The notes beneath the pieces are model-generated. The model saw only the letters and a program-made list of their open reading frames with translations, was not told the DNA's origin and did no database searches. From Vitrella brassicaformis CCMP3155 (Eukaryota > Protista > Chromerida): 64,000 nt of DNA. Both the position numbers and the translations under genes were made by a program. Position 1 is the stretch's first letter. The number at the start of each line of letters is the position of its first letter. The stretch covers positions 124,881-188,880 of the forward strand of contig CDMY01000113.1 of the NCBI GenBank assembly GCA_001179505.1, in the 5' to 3' direction. Below, in pieces: positions 12,452-25,820 of this stretch.

Positions 12452-12859
12452 TGTGCGTGTCGGCGTCAGCACAACCCTGCCGCTGATGGGAATGCACTGA
12501 GGCCGCCTGAGCATGCTGATGCATTGCTGCAAACGAGATCCTGGCGAGAAGAGAAACACGTAGAAAGTTGCCGCCATGCCGCCGCCCGAGTTGAGAATGC
12601 CCTCGCCGGCACCAGCAGCAGCAGTTGCACCAGCAGCGGCGACGAGAGCAGATAGAGAGGCGCCGCCGCTCAACCTCATGATGGCGTCCGCCGCTGACAC
12701 TGCCGCCGCGTTCGAAAGCTCAAATTGCAGAGGAGGCGCGCCGTAAGTCACAAGGGAATGCCCGTTAGTCAGCACGCACGAGTGCTGGGTACGGTGCGTG
12801 TGCACGGCTCTTTCCATGTCCGTTTCGGTTTACGATGCAGAACTGATAGAGGTGCCGAG

Positions 12860-13895
12860 ATGGCGGCTGGAGAGTTTCGTCAAAGAGCACCACTATTCAA
12901 AAGTGAGTCTTCAGGCAGCAACAGTGGGGACAATGAACGAGATCCACAATGGTGTCTGTGTGTCTGTGTGCGTGCAGGGGAGTCGAGGGAGTTGAGTGAG
13001 GCGCTCGACCATGCGAGGGCCAGCATCATCAAACTCGAGCAGAGACAGGTGCGACCATGCACAAAAAGTACACCTATGTCGCTCGATGCTCTCTCTCTGC
13101 ACGCGATGCGATATGTCCATCTGCGCATTGTGCATTGATTGATGTGTGCAGACGAGACTCGCGGAGATGGTAGTGCAGCGAGAAGTAAGCAAAGCAGACA
13201 GACCTTCACACACAAGACGCTGGCGCCCCGTACGTCGATCCATCCATCCATCCATCCACATTCATTTGTGTGTATGCTGCCATCCCATCCAGGCCGCCAA
13301 GAAGAAGCTACAGGCGCCATCTGGTCCCGCGTGCCACTCCTCAAGGCCTCAGCACTCAATCTGCCCGTCAAGTGCGACCGACACCCATCGCCCCTGCTGC
13401 AGCAGATCTTAAGCAAATGCCACCGAGTGGCGCTGTTGAACTTCCGGATGAATGACCGACGGACGCGCATCAAGTGCGAGCAGCAGGTGGAGACTGTCGT
13501 GGAGAGCTTCCCTCGACTGCTCGACAACAATGGAGATGGGTTATGACCCTTGGACGGTCATCCGTGAGTCGCCGTGGGCGCAGTCGACTTTCGGGTCGTT
13601 TGTGCTGGACCCTGATGAGAGGGTCTACCCCGCTGCGGCGACGGCCGTGCTTCGGGCGGTCATCATTGGCAGTGATGTGGGCAGGCAGCTCCAGTCGGTG
13701 ACCATCAGCCACTTCGTCCAGGTGAGATCGCTGCGCTCGAACGAGAGGTGCCTACCGCACGCACGACACTGACTGACAGGCATCCCTTCATCTCTGTGCG
13801 TGTGTGTCAGGCCTCGAGAATCGCTGCCTTCATTTTATATTGGTTGGGATCGATTGCCCCCTGCCCCGCACCAGAACGGCCAAGAAGAAAAGGTA
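12860..13895 (+). pseudogene. Frameshifted lineage-specific gene relic
   Basis: Canonical introns (12903-12977, about 13050-13150, 13184-13291, 13722-13810), but the protein-like frame shifts near 13315 and 13535. Confidence 0.45.
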
Positions 13896-14164
13896 AACAT
13901 AGAGAGGAGGGGGAGGGAGAAAGAGAGCAACATATTGTTCTATCTCTCTGTCTCTGTACGGCTGCTCGTCGCCGCGGTTGTGAAGAAAGCGGAGTAGCCA
14001 CCATGCCAGTGGCGTCAGACGATAGCCGCTACCGCGGCTCGCCCACATAGGTATGCGCAACTGTTCGTGAGCTGCGTATGTGTGCAGGCCCCTAAATGAG
14101 AAGCGCGTCGTACGCCATTATCCCGATCCTGAGATCGGAGAGAGAGAGAGAGAGAGAGGAAAAA

Positions 14165-17100
14165 ATGCCCGCTCGCACGCCTGCCGCCGCTGCCATAAGG
14201 CAGAACCTCATGAGTAATGGGATTGACGTCCCCGACGTCTACGCCGACTCCAGGGGGGTTTTCGTGTCCAGGTACGTATCAGCGCATCAAGCGCGAGCAC
14301 CCAACAGTGAGCAAGGATGTCAGACACACCGGTACACTGGCAGGCAAGAACATCAACAATTCTTGTTTGCGCACGTACTGCAGGAGTGCAAGGCCTTCCT
14401 TGAGTCGGTCCGGGGGACGCTGGAGGGGCAGGACATGAAGATTATGATCAACAAATACAAAGATGACATGGAGAAGGTACGTGCCTACATCATGCGCACA
14501 TCAATCCGGTCACACAATACTTGAGGCTCTGAACTGTGCTGTGCTGTGCTGTGCTCTCTGGGCAATCCGCCGTTCTGCAGAAGGAAGCTGCCAAGACCTC
14601 CACCGCCCACCACAACCAGCACCAGCAGCAGCCTGCCGGCAGCCCTGCTGGCAGCACCAAGAAGGTGCTCGTGAGGGCTAAGGAATGGGGTGATGGCGCC
14701 GATGGCTATTATGCCAGCGCCCTCACCCAGTGGGACCTGGGCCACTGGGAGCGGCAGGGCGGCTTGTGGGTGGTGACGTGGACGCCGCCCACGGCCGCCT
14801 GCTGCTGCATGGAGGCGGGGAGGGCGGTGGTGAGGGGCGGAGTTCGGGAACAATGCAGCAAAATGAATCGTCGGCTGCGGATGCGTCAACCAGGGGGTCA
14901 ACGGGTTTGAAGGGTATCTTGAAGAGTGCGGCTACCAAGCCATCCATTCAGCGAGTATGCAGCCGTACTCAGACAGGTCAGCTCACCATCAGGCCGTCTG
15001 TGAGGCATGCAAACAGTCTTTCTTTCTCGCCTGTGGTTCTTGCAGCAAGCGATTCGGCTGTACCACTATCTCCCCCCCTCTCTCCTGCAGCAGGCGCACA
15101 CCCTCCCCAACCCACGCGAGCCCATCCCAATCCCCCTCCCCCCCACCGACAGACGACGCACCAAGCCAAACGACGCCACTACCAGCACCCAATGCGTTTC
15201 GTTCTGCGGCCGGCTGGCCTACCGTCTCGCCGCCGCTGCTGCTGAGAAGGGTCCGCAGCGCAGTGACCGTGCCAGTGACCGAGGCAGCAGCCGGCTGCCC
15301 CTTCTCATCCCACCGCCCAACCCCACCTGCGCCCACCACAGCGGCAGCAGGTGGGGCGCAATTGTGAAGGAGAAGGAGAAAGAGAAGGAGAGAGAGCAAA
15401 GACGATGGCCACACGCACAGCCGCCGCTGCCGCCATAAGGCAAACACTCTTGAATAGGGGAATTGCTGTGCCGAACATATACAGTGACGAGCGCCTCGCG
15501 TTCACGGAGAACTTCCTTCGGTTCAAAAAGGACCACCGTGAGGTGAGGAGGGCAGAGGGGCGCATGCGCTATTGCGCAATGGCACCAGGGGCATCGACGA
15601 CATTCATTCGTTTTGTTCTCTCACTGCAGGAGTACGCCCAGTGGATGGGCTCGCTGCGCCGCACTCAGGACGGGCGGGATGTTGGCGTGACGCAACTCGA
15701 GAACCTTCAGCGACATGAGAGGGTACCAACATCAGGCGCACATCCAGCCACACACCCAGCACCTGACACGCTGTGCTGTGCTGTGCTGTGCCGTGCCGTT
15801 TTGCAGAAGGCCGCCAAGGCCGCCAAGGATGCCACTGCCAGCACCACCCGCCAGCAGCAGCAGCAGCACACGCAGCAGCAGGCCACACCAGACGCCACTG
15901 CCGTTAGGCCACACAGGACCCCACCCACCATGTGTGGCCCCACCATCACCATGCCGCAGCCATACCACCGCCTCCCCCCACCCCTCCCCCCCACAGACGG
16001 AGGCACCGAAGCCGCGCAGCCCGGTCCGGGCTATTATGTGCAGGAGGTGTTGGTGGACAACTGGGGGGAACCAGTGGCCAACTCTTGAGTTGCCCGATGT
16101 GTATGCCGATGACCGCCGCGCCTTCACCAAGAAGGTCCTTCGGTTCGAGCAGGACCACCCGAAGGTGAGGAGGGCAGGGAGGCGCATGCAGCATTGCGCA
16201 ATAGCTCAGGGGCATCGACGACATTCATTTGTTTGTTTCCTCACTGCAGGAGTTCGCTCAGTGGATGGAGTCCATGCGCGGCACTCAGGAGGGGCGGGAG
16301 TTTTGCGTGAGGCAAGACGAGTACATTGAGCACCTGCAGAAGGTACCAACATCATGCGCACATCTAGCTAGACACGCCAACACGTGATACTCTGCGCTGT
16401 GCTGTGCGGTACCATTTTGCAGAAGAAAGCTGCCAAGGCCGCTGCCAAGAAGCTCAGCCCCACCCACCAACAGCACACCAGCCAGCAGCAGACCACCCAG
16501 TCACCAGCAGCCCACACAGACCCCCGCCCCAGCAGCGGCCACCAGCGACCCCACCATGCGCCCAGACGCCACTGCCGTTAGGCAAAAACTCTTGAGTAGG
16601 GGTTTTGACGTGCCCGATGTGTATGCCGATGACCGCCGCGCCTTCACCAAGAAGGTCCTTCGGATCAAAAAGGACCACCGTGAGGTGAGGAGGGCAGGGA
16701 GGCGCATGCAGCATTGCGCAATGGCTCAGGGGCATCGACGACATTCATTCGTTTTGTTCTCTCACTGCAGGAGTTCGCCCAGTGGATGGGCTCGCTGCGC
16801 GGCACTCAGGAGGGGAGGGACGTTGGCATCATGTTGGTCAAATTCAAGGAGGACCTGAGAGAGAGAGGTACGTCAGACGCACATCTACCCACACACGCAA
16901 CACCTGACACTCTCTGCTGCGCTGTGCGGTCCCGTTTTGCAGATGAGGGAGGCCAAGGATGCCACTGCCAGCAGCACCACCCGCCAGCAACAGCAACAAG
17001 AGACGGAGAGCCGCGAGCGTGAGCGTGAGCATCCGGAGCGTCAGCATTCGGCCCCCCTCGCCGCCTTCGTGCACCAGGGAGCTTCAGGTACGCACGCAGA

Positions 17101-17166
17101 CACAGCGCCCGTGTTCCGTCCGTCTGTACACATGTATTCATATGTGTGTGTGCAGATGGCTGTTGA
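14165..17166 (+). repeat. Tandem array of four related three-exon units (copies at 14165, 15405, about 16082 and 16556)
   Basis: Repeated AAIRQxLLxxGxxVPDVYADDRxAF...KDHRE|EFAQWMGSLRGTQ...|KAAK units with near-identical introns. Copy 1 is frameshifted at about 14275 and copy 3 is 5'-truncated. Confidence 0.9.
15405..16088 (+). CDS. Apparently intact member (copy 2) of the tandem family
   Basis: ATG 15405, introns 15543-15629 and 15723-about 15806, stop 16088, all in frame. Confidence 0.55.
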   Translation: MATRTAAAAAIRQTLLNRGIAVPNIYSDERLAFTENFLRFKKDHREVRRAEGRMRYCAMAPGASTTFIRFVLSLQEYAQWMGSLRRTQDGRDVGVTQLENLQRHERVPTSGAHPATHPAPDTLCCAVLCRAVLQKAAKAAKDATASTTRQQQQQHTQQQATPDATAVRPHRTPPTMCGPTITMPQPYHRLPPPLPPTDGGTEAAQPGPGYYVQEVLVDNWGEPVANS

Positions 17167-19575
17167 TCAATCGCCGCCTACATTTTATATTTCGATGTCT
17201 CGGTAGTCTGTTTGCCCTGTTTGGGAGCGAACGGCACTTGCGGCGTTTGGAGATAGCCGGCAATACCGCCACCACCACCACCACCAGCAGCTGCGCCAGG
17301 TAAGTATCAGGACACACTGAGGGAGAGGTGCGTGAGAGTGCAGCACCACAGGCGAGCAAAGGACACAGGCGTACCTTACTGCGCGTCATCTGTCCATCAT
17401 CGTCGTGTTTGTGTGTGGGCTGTCGGTCTGTCAGGTCAGTCGAGAGGACTTCAATAGCAGCAGCAGTAGCAGCAGCCGCCAGCCCAATCGGAAGCCATTC
17501 ATGCCCCCCACCGCAGCAAGAACGAGTGGTTTGAGATACACAGCACGGCACCACATGCTGCAGGTATGAACCAGAGAGGACACAGTGAGGGAGAGGTACA
17601 TGAGAGCATCTCATCTATCTCGCTATTCCGTCGTGTGCGTAGGCGCCCACCCCAGCGGTGGCCTGCCGACGTTGATGGGGCCGGGCAGCTCTCGGAGCAG
17701 CACGGCGGGACCACCAGGTTGACTCAAGGAAGGACAAAGACGATGACAAGTACAGGAATGAAAGGACTGACTGCCCATCTTTGTGTGTGCAGGTCCGGGG
17801 GTGGTACAGAGGCCGTCCCCCTTCTCTGCATCGGCGCGAAGCGGGGCCGCCCATCTGGTCTCATGACATCCGCCCATCATCCTCCGACGGCAGGAACGAG
17901 CCCCCTCGCCTCCGGGGCCTCCGGCGCCCCTCCCGCCGCGAGACAACAACAAGCCTTACTACGGAAACAAGAAGTAGATGGCGTGAGTAGAGCTGCTGGG
18001 CCGATAGGTAAGAGAGACGAGCAGTGCACATATGGAAACAACGGAGGGCGGGACGAGGGAGGGAGGGAGGGAGGGAAGGAGGGAGGGAGGGAGGATGAAC
18101 GGACTGGTTCGTGTAGCCGTGATGGAGGCACTACTATGGAGCCCAGACGCTCTCCTCACGTGATGGAAGCCCACTCGCCCCAAGGGCGGGCCTCACCTCG
18201 ACACGCCATCATACCAGAAAGCAAGGCAAGGCAGGGCAGGAAGGAAGGCCATACATTACATGTCCAACACCTACATAGCTATCTGTGTGTCTATCGATTG
18301 GCAGGCCAAGGGACATCTCCATCCCGGCGGTACCGGTGCGGCCCCGTCGTGCAAGAGAGCTGATCGGGCTCCACCTGCTACGGCCTCTCACGCTGACGCC
18401 CAGAGCGACCCAGCAACCACATGAGCCGACCAAGGGCGGCAAGCAGCAGCAGCACCATCATCTCCGCAGCAGGACCCCCCCACCCTCTTAAGCTCACCAA
18501 CGATCCACCAGGCCCGACGTGACGACCATGCACCTACAGCAGCGCAAGCGCGAGGCGGTCGTAGAGAAGGGCCGACGAGAAGCACCCCACCCACCACCCA
18601 CACCACATAGACAGAGGGGAGAGGATGGCTGTTTCTTGTTTTTGTCTATCTATGGTATGGATGTATGGTACTTAATTAGTGTATTGTATTGCTTTTGAGT
18701 CATCAGCCCTACTCGGCCTATTCTTTTTGTCCCTCCGTATGGTGCGTGACGATACTTTTTTTTGTGCCTGGGTGTGGTGTGTGGCTGTCCTCTCCCCGTC
18801 TGTTTGCTTATGTGCGTCGGCTTTAATGTCGTTGACCATCCGAGTGGTGTGGGTGGTGGTGCTTCTTGTCTGTCGGGGGCGAGGGATCTACGGGCTGGTG
18901 GTGGGTGGATGGGTGGCCAAATGAGTGGTGTAAAACAGGGGCCTGCCGGGGGGTGTAGGCAGGGGTGTCTGCCTTTTGTTAGCTCTCTTTGCTCTCTTCT
19001 TCCAAACTGACCTTTGATGCGATGCGTGAGATGAGCTGCGTGGAGAGGCGTGAGCGTAACGCCATGCCATGCCATGCATGTGTCGTGTGCATCCGTCCAT
19101 GTCATGTCGACCGACTTACTACTGACTGACTGACTGCGTGGTAAGCGCGTCCCTGCTCACACAGGCAGCTCAGAGCCCGACAGGTGGAATGTCTGTCTGG
19201 CTGTCTGGATGGCCTGCCGGGGTTGCTGCTTTCAAATCGCCGCCTACATTTTATATTCTATGGCTGTGGTTATACAACTGGATGAGACACAGTGTGTCTT
19301 AATGCTTGACGGATGTATGTGACGCCGTGTGGATGGAGATTATAAAGATGTGAAGAGCATGAAATTTAAACTTGCATTGGCTACAGATCAGCTACTGAAC
19401 AGACGGCAGCATTGATGCAGGGTGTCATGTCGTGTCTCATCGTCTTGCTGGGCCGAAACCAACAGACCTACAGGCAACCACGGGAGCCACCAATACTCAG
19501 CGGTGCATACGCGATAGGCTTGCTTACCCGCCCAGCAGCTGCTCATATCTCTGGAAGCCTCCCGATCGCACCGTG

Positions 19576-22500
19576 TCAGTGCCCTTGAACGCACTCATTT
19601 TGCTGCTGATCCTGCTGCCGTGCCGAGAGCCCGACCGCCGGCCGCGCGATGCCTTGGATGCACGAGACGCACCGCTGCTGCCCTGCACGCAACAGACACA
19701 CATGAACACACAACATCGACCACCACGTAGACCGTTCACCGACCTGCGAGGCTGGTCTCTTCTCGTATCTGCTGCCAGGACTTGAGAGCCGCTCAGTGAC
19801 GCTGCCGCCCAGTGTGCGGCTGGTCTTGATGGCCAGCTTCTCGTGCAAAGGCAGGTCTATTCCTGCAGGCGGGGCGTCACGAATCTTGGCCAGGTCGATT
19901 TTCGGAAACTGGAACTGAACCTCCGTCACCCCAGCAGTGGGGGAGAGCTCCTCTGCGAAGACACCAAACGTACCGGGACATACATGTGCTGGCAAGGAGA
20001 CATGTACTTTGTGTCTCTCTTTCACCTGGCCGTATGAGTTCATGTTGCAGCCGGCTCCTGGGGCTTGTGAAACCGACCTCTGGCGCACCGTGGTCGGCGA
20101 ATGCTGGCTTTGAGCCTGACGGTGTGATGTTCTTGAAGCTGATCGACGGGCGCATGTTGAATCCTGAGGAACGTGCAAGTCGACAAACTCTGTCTTTTGC
20201 TGCGCAAAGCCTACCTGGTGTCTTCCTGAGGTATCTGAGTGTCCCGTCCAACTCATCGGCAATCTCATCAATCGAAGTCACCGGCAGACCCCTACATTCA
20301 CGCGTCAAGACAGACGGAATATTCCCATGTCTTTGGAGACCGAGGGGCTTACCTGTGTCCTTTCTGGTCCTCCTCGGTCACTGACATCAGACAGAAAGCG
20401 AAACCGTGTCTCCCTTGCGGTGTGTCTTCTCCCGGCGCTTACACAGTGCATGCTTGGACCGTCTTGCCTCCTTTTCCACGTCCATTGCGGCCGACGTGAG
20501 GGCGAGGGCACCGCCAGCTCCCACCAGACGGCCTGTGGGAAAACCAGAGGTCGTTGTCGCTGCCATTTTTCTGTCTCATCACACACCAGGAGTTTTCCGG
20601 GGACCAATGGAGAAGGAGCTGTAGGTAGGCTTCACATCGGAGTAAAACGTCTGTACACCAAACCCATACAAATCTACCTGCCTGTCTGGGTCTGCGCGTC
20701 TCGCCTTCCCCTCTCACCGTCGCCTTCTTGTTGACGATCGCATCAAATAGCCGCGGCCCATTCTTCATGTTCGCATGCTCAATGAGGTCTGACGTCCATC
20801 TCTTCCGCGCCCTCTTGGGGGCCGCCTTGCTGCTCTTGAGTTTCATGTGCACCTCGTGAGGCTCCAGACGCGACGGTCTCTTGCCGGCTGCAGGGCTCTC
20901 ATCCCCCCCTGCCAGCGGCTCGATCGGCGCGCCTTCGATGGCCAGCTGGAAGGGCTGTGGCTTGAAGAGGGGGGAGGGAGGGGAAGGCTCCTCGGCTGCT
21001 GCAGGAGGCGCAGGCTCTTCCTGTAGAGGTGGCTTGGGGGATGAGGCCGGACGCCACCATGGGTTTTGTGATGTAGTGAAGCCGGGGATCTCTCTCGCCT
21101 GAGGCCTGAAGTGGGCCTCGTTGTAGGCTAGCTGCTCGCACTTCTGCTGCTCCTGAAACGCAGCGAGTAGACGAAGTGTGTGAACGTTGCTGTCTGTTGG
21201 TGTCTCACTTTAAGCTTGCTCCTGGTCTTCTCTTTGGGTGGCGGTGGGGAGTATCCCAGCGCCTGCTTTACTCCGCCTCCTGCGGGAATAAGTTCCAGTG
21301 CTGCCTCGTGAGCCCTTGTCGCCTCTGCACAGACACAGGCGATCGATCGCATGCGACTGCCGGTGCGTGTTGCACCTTCGATCTGTCTCCTCATTTGCGT
21401 GCGTCGCTCCTCCAGGCATTCGGTGCGCGTGCGCCCAGCGGCAGGGATAGTGGATGCTGCAGCAGCGGCAGCAAAGATGCAGGCGGGAACGTGAAGGTCA
21501 CCATTGAGCTCTTGATATCTCCCACTGTCTCACTTGTGCATTCGAGGCGTTCCTTCTCAGCCTCCCTCTGAGGGTCAAGTGGGGCCGGCAGCTGCGAGAG
21601 ACCTGACAGGAGGAGAAGAAGGATATGGACACACGTGCCCACCAGTGGTTGAAGACTTTTCTCTCTATCTGACCGAATCTGGGTCGGAACGATAGCTTCT
21701 CAGCGTTGAGGCGCTGACGAGGATTGACACCCCTGATGGACAGCAAAGATGAACATTAAACTCGCAAAGCTGAAGATCAACTCACGTTGGCTCCTGTTTG
21801 AGATCGGACTGCTGTGCCGGCGGCTGCGGGACGAGGGGAGGGTGCTCCTGCTCCCACTTGATTGCTCGTGCCTCAGCTGTCTGCTGCATCTCGGCCTGCA
21901 CACACCCATATGCACACCCACACAGACACCAAGACTCCCAAGGACAAAATGAACAGGCACCTTTCGCTGGCGAATGAGGTCGCCCCTGGTCGCATGGCGA
22001 GGAGTCTTCTCGGACAGCGGATGGGGCGGGAAAGAGGCTAAAGGGGAACAAGGGAAACACCCGCCCGCACCTTCTTCATTCAGCTTGCATAGTTGTCCGA
22101 CCTCACCGAGTGGGTCGGTGTCTTTGCCGTCGGGGAGCTCGCCTAAGGATTGCACCACGCCCTGCCGCTGGAACACAGGGTAGGGCCGCGAACTGCCCAT
22201 CTTGTCCCATCCGAACTGATACTTGGACAGCCAACCCTGCACACAAGTGAGAGCCATGAATCTCACATGTAGGGCATGAGAGAGCGATACAGGCCCTAAA
22301 ACCTACGTCATTGAGAGCCTGTTTGCAGGTCTGCATCTCCTGCTCGTTAAGCACGCCATCTCTGTCGGCGTCAAAGCACTTTGCAATGAAGAAATCCTTG
22401 CCGGACACCCCGCCATCGCGGTCTGCAGCACATCCGACAGATCATAATGTCCTTTTTTTCCCTCCTGCTTTTCCATCCATACCTATGTCAAACGAAGGGT

Positions 22501-22672
22501 GGGGAATCGTCTCGGCTCGTCTTTTCTCTAGCAGCTGCGTCCTCGTTGCAATGGCAGGCTGCCTCGTCCATTCCTCCTTCGGCTTCTCGCTGAGCACTGC
22601 CCCCTTGTCCTTGAGCGGCACACGGGCGTGCGTGTGGCCATAAATGGTGTAGTTGGGCACCAGCACCTTCAT
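19576..22672 (-). CDS. Multi-exon protein with a tandem EF-hand pair
   Basis: MKVLVPNY...PHPSFDID|RDGGVSGKDFFIAKCFDADRDGVLNEQE contains two DxDxDG loops. Further exons run down to about 19576; the 3' end is approximate. Confidence 0.7.
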
Positions 22673-22880
22673 CGAAAAGAAAAAGGGGAAGGGAGAAGAA
22701 GACTGGGGGCGAGCTCGCCAGCCCCCGGGGCGAGCCTTGACTCAGAAAGGGCTTGAGGGAGGCCACAATCGGCGTTTTGTGGTGGGCAGAGGCGCGGACG
22801 CGATAGGCGAACCGAAACACGAGCTGAATTCGCGAGAACCAAGTGACTGCCGCCTCCGGACTCGACACGCAGCGTCATCC

Positions 22881-25134
22881 ATGGGGGGTGTGTGTTCAAG
22901 GAACGAGGCCGCAAGCAGGGCTCTTTGGCGTTCCCTCTCTTGCCACGCCTGCGTGTCGCTTATCGTCGACCCCAACGTCATCGACGATGCGGCATTCGCC
23001 TCCAGCCGGCACGAGGAGGGCGCCTACGAGTATGAAATCAACGAAGAGGAACAGCTTGAGGGGCGGGGGGACACCGACCAGAACAGGGATAGGCGGCTGA
23101 AGAGCCAGGCCTCGCTGCGTCAAAGGAGGGACGAGGCCACCCCCAGGTGCTTCATCTTCGCGGCTGCCTTTGAGCAAATCAAGTTCTGCCTCGTTGCTGA
23201 ATTCACGTGAGTTGAGGGGCGAGGGGAAGAGGGGAAGAGGGAAATGCGTCCGTGACTTGGCACGCCATTCGTGTGTTTTTGTGTGTTGCTGTGTGCAGCC
23301 ACTCGCGCTACCGTGCGATCGAGATTCGCGAGTATGAGACCTCGCAGGGCCGCGGACACATCGTCATCCTTTACGTGAGGGCAGACGTGACAATCCCCTA
23401 GGCACGCATTAGGGGTGTGTGTTTCAACGGGCGTGGCGTGTCTGTGTGTTTGTGCAGCCCACCCTTCCCTCAAGCAAGCCTCCCACGCTCTCCCACTGGT
23501 CGACTTCCTCATCGCTCAGTGACCCCAGCCCCAACACATCACCCGTCGCGGCACCCTTCACACTGCCCCTCGTGTACAAGTCTGAAGGCTTCGACATGCA
23601 GGACCTAATCGTGGACTGGTCAGACGCACCCGTCACCCCCGTGGACAAGGCCATGCGCATCCGGTGGGACTACACGCCGCCACTCGGTATCTCGTTTTCC
23701 TTCTCGATGCGCCTCGACAAGAACGTTGGGGACAGCGACGTCGACGACCGCAAGTCGGTGCTGACCTCCGTCAGCCACACGGATAGCAAGGGAGCCGGCC
23801 TGCTGCTGGGCGACGGCGACTTGATCGAGTTGGTGGTCAATGAGAGCCATCCCGTCACTCTGGGCGACATGGTCAACCCGTTTGGTGGCCTGACGAGCGA
23901 GCTGGGTGACAAGGAGTCGGACGGGGGCGCGAGGGCGGGTTTCCCACTCTACTTCTGGGGCCGTGCCCGGCTGGTGAGTGAGCGTGCCAAGGAGGTGTCG
24001 GTGAGTGTGGGCGGCCGGCGGTGCCAGGTGCAATGCTACGATCGCTTGGTGGATAACGAGTGGAGCCTCAAGGTGGGCTACTCCCTCAGCCCACTGCTGC
24101 ACCGATGGACGCCACAACATGAAGGTGAGGAGGGCGGATGGAACGGACAAAAAGATATGCACCGAAAGCGCTCTCCCTTGTGTGCATGTCAGGAATGATG
24201 AAGCAGCGAAGTGAGGTTTTGTACCGCTACAACGACCTGTTTGAGCTGGAGCGCGTCGAGGCCCTCGACCCGTCCCCTCTCTCGCCCCCACACAGCCGCA
24301 CGTACATCCACTTCGGCCCGCCATTCCCTGACCTCTTCCGTCTCAAGATCGGCACCGCGGTCAAGGGCAGGGCGGCTTTCGGCGTGGAGTTCTTCTCGAT
24401 GCCAGCCAACTTCACCCACAGGTGTCCCCCGCACCCCATGCTGTCCATCCCCCTCTCGCCCGGCATCCCCATCACATACGACTGCAATGAGAATGACGTT
24501 ATTGACGAAGACGACGACGGCATGAGCGGGCCGGAGGGCGCGGCGGGGTTCTTCCCGCCATCGCCCAGCCAGACCAACCATGCGGGCGGCGACGTGGGCG
24601 GCGGCCTGCCCCTCTCGCCAGCCTCGTCGCTCGTCAAGACTGCGCAGAAGAGGGCGGACGTCCAATCCTGCCTGGACCACGCCTACGCCGTGGACAACCT
24701 GCTGCAGTGCACCACGACCACCATGCGGGAGCAGGAGGCCGAGGCCAAGGGGGACGTCTGCGGAGGGGGCGACGCACTGCTCACGCGTTACCACATGAAC
24801 GGTCGGTGTAGCCCAGAACACAAGAGAGGAATGGGGAAACCGCTGACGCGAAATTGATCCGTCTGTGTGACGCCCGTGTGCAGGTATGGACATCTCGGGT
24901 GTCATGGCGGCGAGGTACTCGGTGGTGCGTGTGAGCGAGGGTCGTGTGGAGGTGGAGCTGCGGCCCCTCAAGACGTTCCAGGTGGAGCACAAGTACGACA
25001 GCAAGGGCAACAGGCGGCAGTGGGTCAACCAGTGGGTGTGGAAGTGCGCCATCACCGCTCTCAGCGGCTCCCACTCGCCCTCCCAGGGGTCTCGCCTGTA
25101 CGTCAACGGCCACTGGGAGAGAGAGGTGCTCTGA
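22881..25134 (+). CDS. Hypothetical protein with an N-terminal myristoylation/palmitoylation motif (MGGVCS) and beta-rich domains
   Basis: Five exons join in frame (for example donor about 24125, acceptor about 24193, GGA junction); stop 25134. Confidence 0.6.
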
Positions 25135-25820
25135 CCGATAGGATAGGTCGTCGCATTACGTCACGTCATGTCACGTCACGCGTCCAGCCGCTCTGTCTTC
25201 TCTCGTCTGCCTGTCTGTCTGTCTGTCTGTCTGTCTATCGGTCTGCGCAAAGTATGCTGTTGATGTGTCAGCATGTGTGGCCGGTTTTGCTCGTCTCTCT
25301 CTGTGTCCGTGCGTACGTCCGTGCCTGTCTGTCTGTCTGCCTGCCCGTCTGCCTGTTGTGTGTGGCTGAAAGGTGGTTGCTTGCGGTTCTCGGGAAAAGC
25401 CCCGGGCCGCACATTTGAGCGAGTTTCGTTTCTGCGTGTGCATGGCGTGGCGTGGCTGCTGATCGTATGTCTTGGGTAAGAATTGACTGGCTGGATGCAT
25501 GGGGGAACGAGACACTGAATGAATTGCAGTGGTCTGTCCATGTACCCTGTTGTGTGTCCCATCACCGCAAGCCTGGCCATATCCGGATTCCATGAGGGAA
25601 CGAGGCGCTGAATGGATTGCAGTGGCTGTCTGGCTAATCGCAACAAACAGCCTGGCCAACCTGGCCGATCTGCCGTTAACGCATCGGCACAGCGTACAAG
25701 TGGAGGAGTCTTTTTGTCGGTCGCTTTCTGCGAGCATCGCATTCGCTAATTAGAGGCTTGTCGCGGCCAAAAGGCAGGAAGGTGCATCGCTCTGTATTTG
25801 TCGTGTCGCATCAGCGAACC

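Noticed and set aside
10600-14100. Mutator/CACTA transposon around the Ulp1 domain
   Set aside because: No transposase motifs, terminal inverted repeats or target-site duplications visible
14165-17166. CRISPR-like or satellite array
   Set aside because: Units are 0.5-1.2 kb spliced gene copies, not short repeats with spacers; the context is eukaryotic
17300-19400. Possible genes in 17.3-19.4 kb (splice-like sites, short ORFs, a local repeat at 17300/17565)
   Set aside because: No consistent frame or recognisable domain could be assembled
21860-21900. AEARAIK peptide shared with the 9.8 kb gene
   Set aside because: Short Ala-rich coiled-coil-like match with no flanking DNA similarity
22876-22884. 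Back-to-back ATGs on both strands in CATCCATGG, suggesting overlapping divergent starts
   Set aside because: The EF-hand gene has a cleaner ATG at 22672 (MKVLVPNY) directly in frame with conserved sequence
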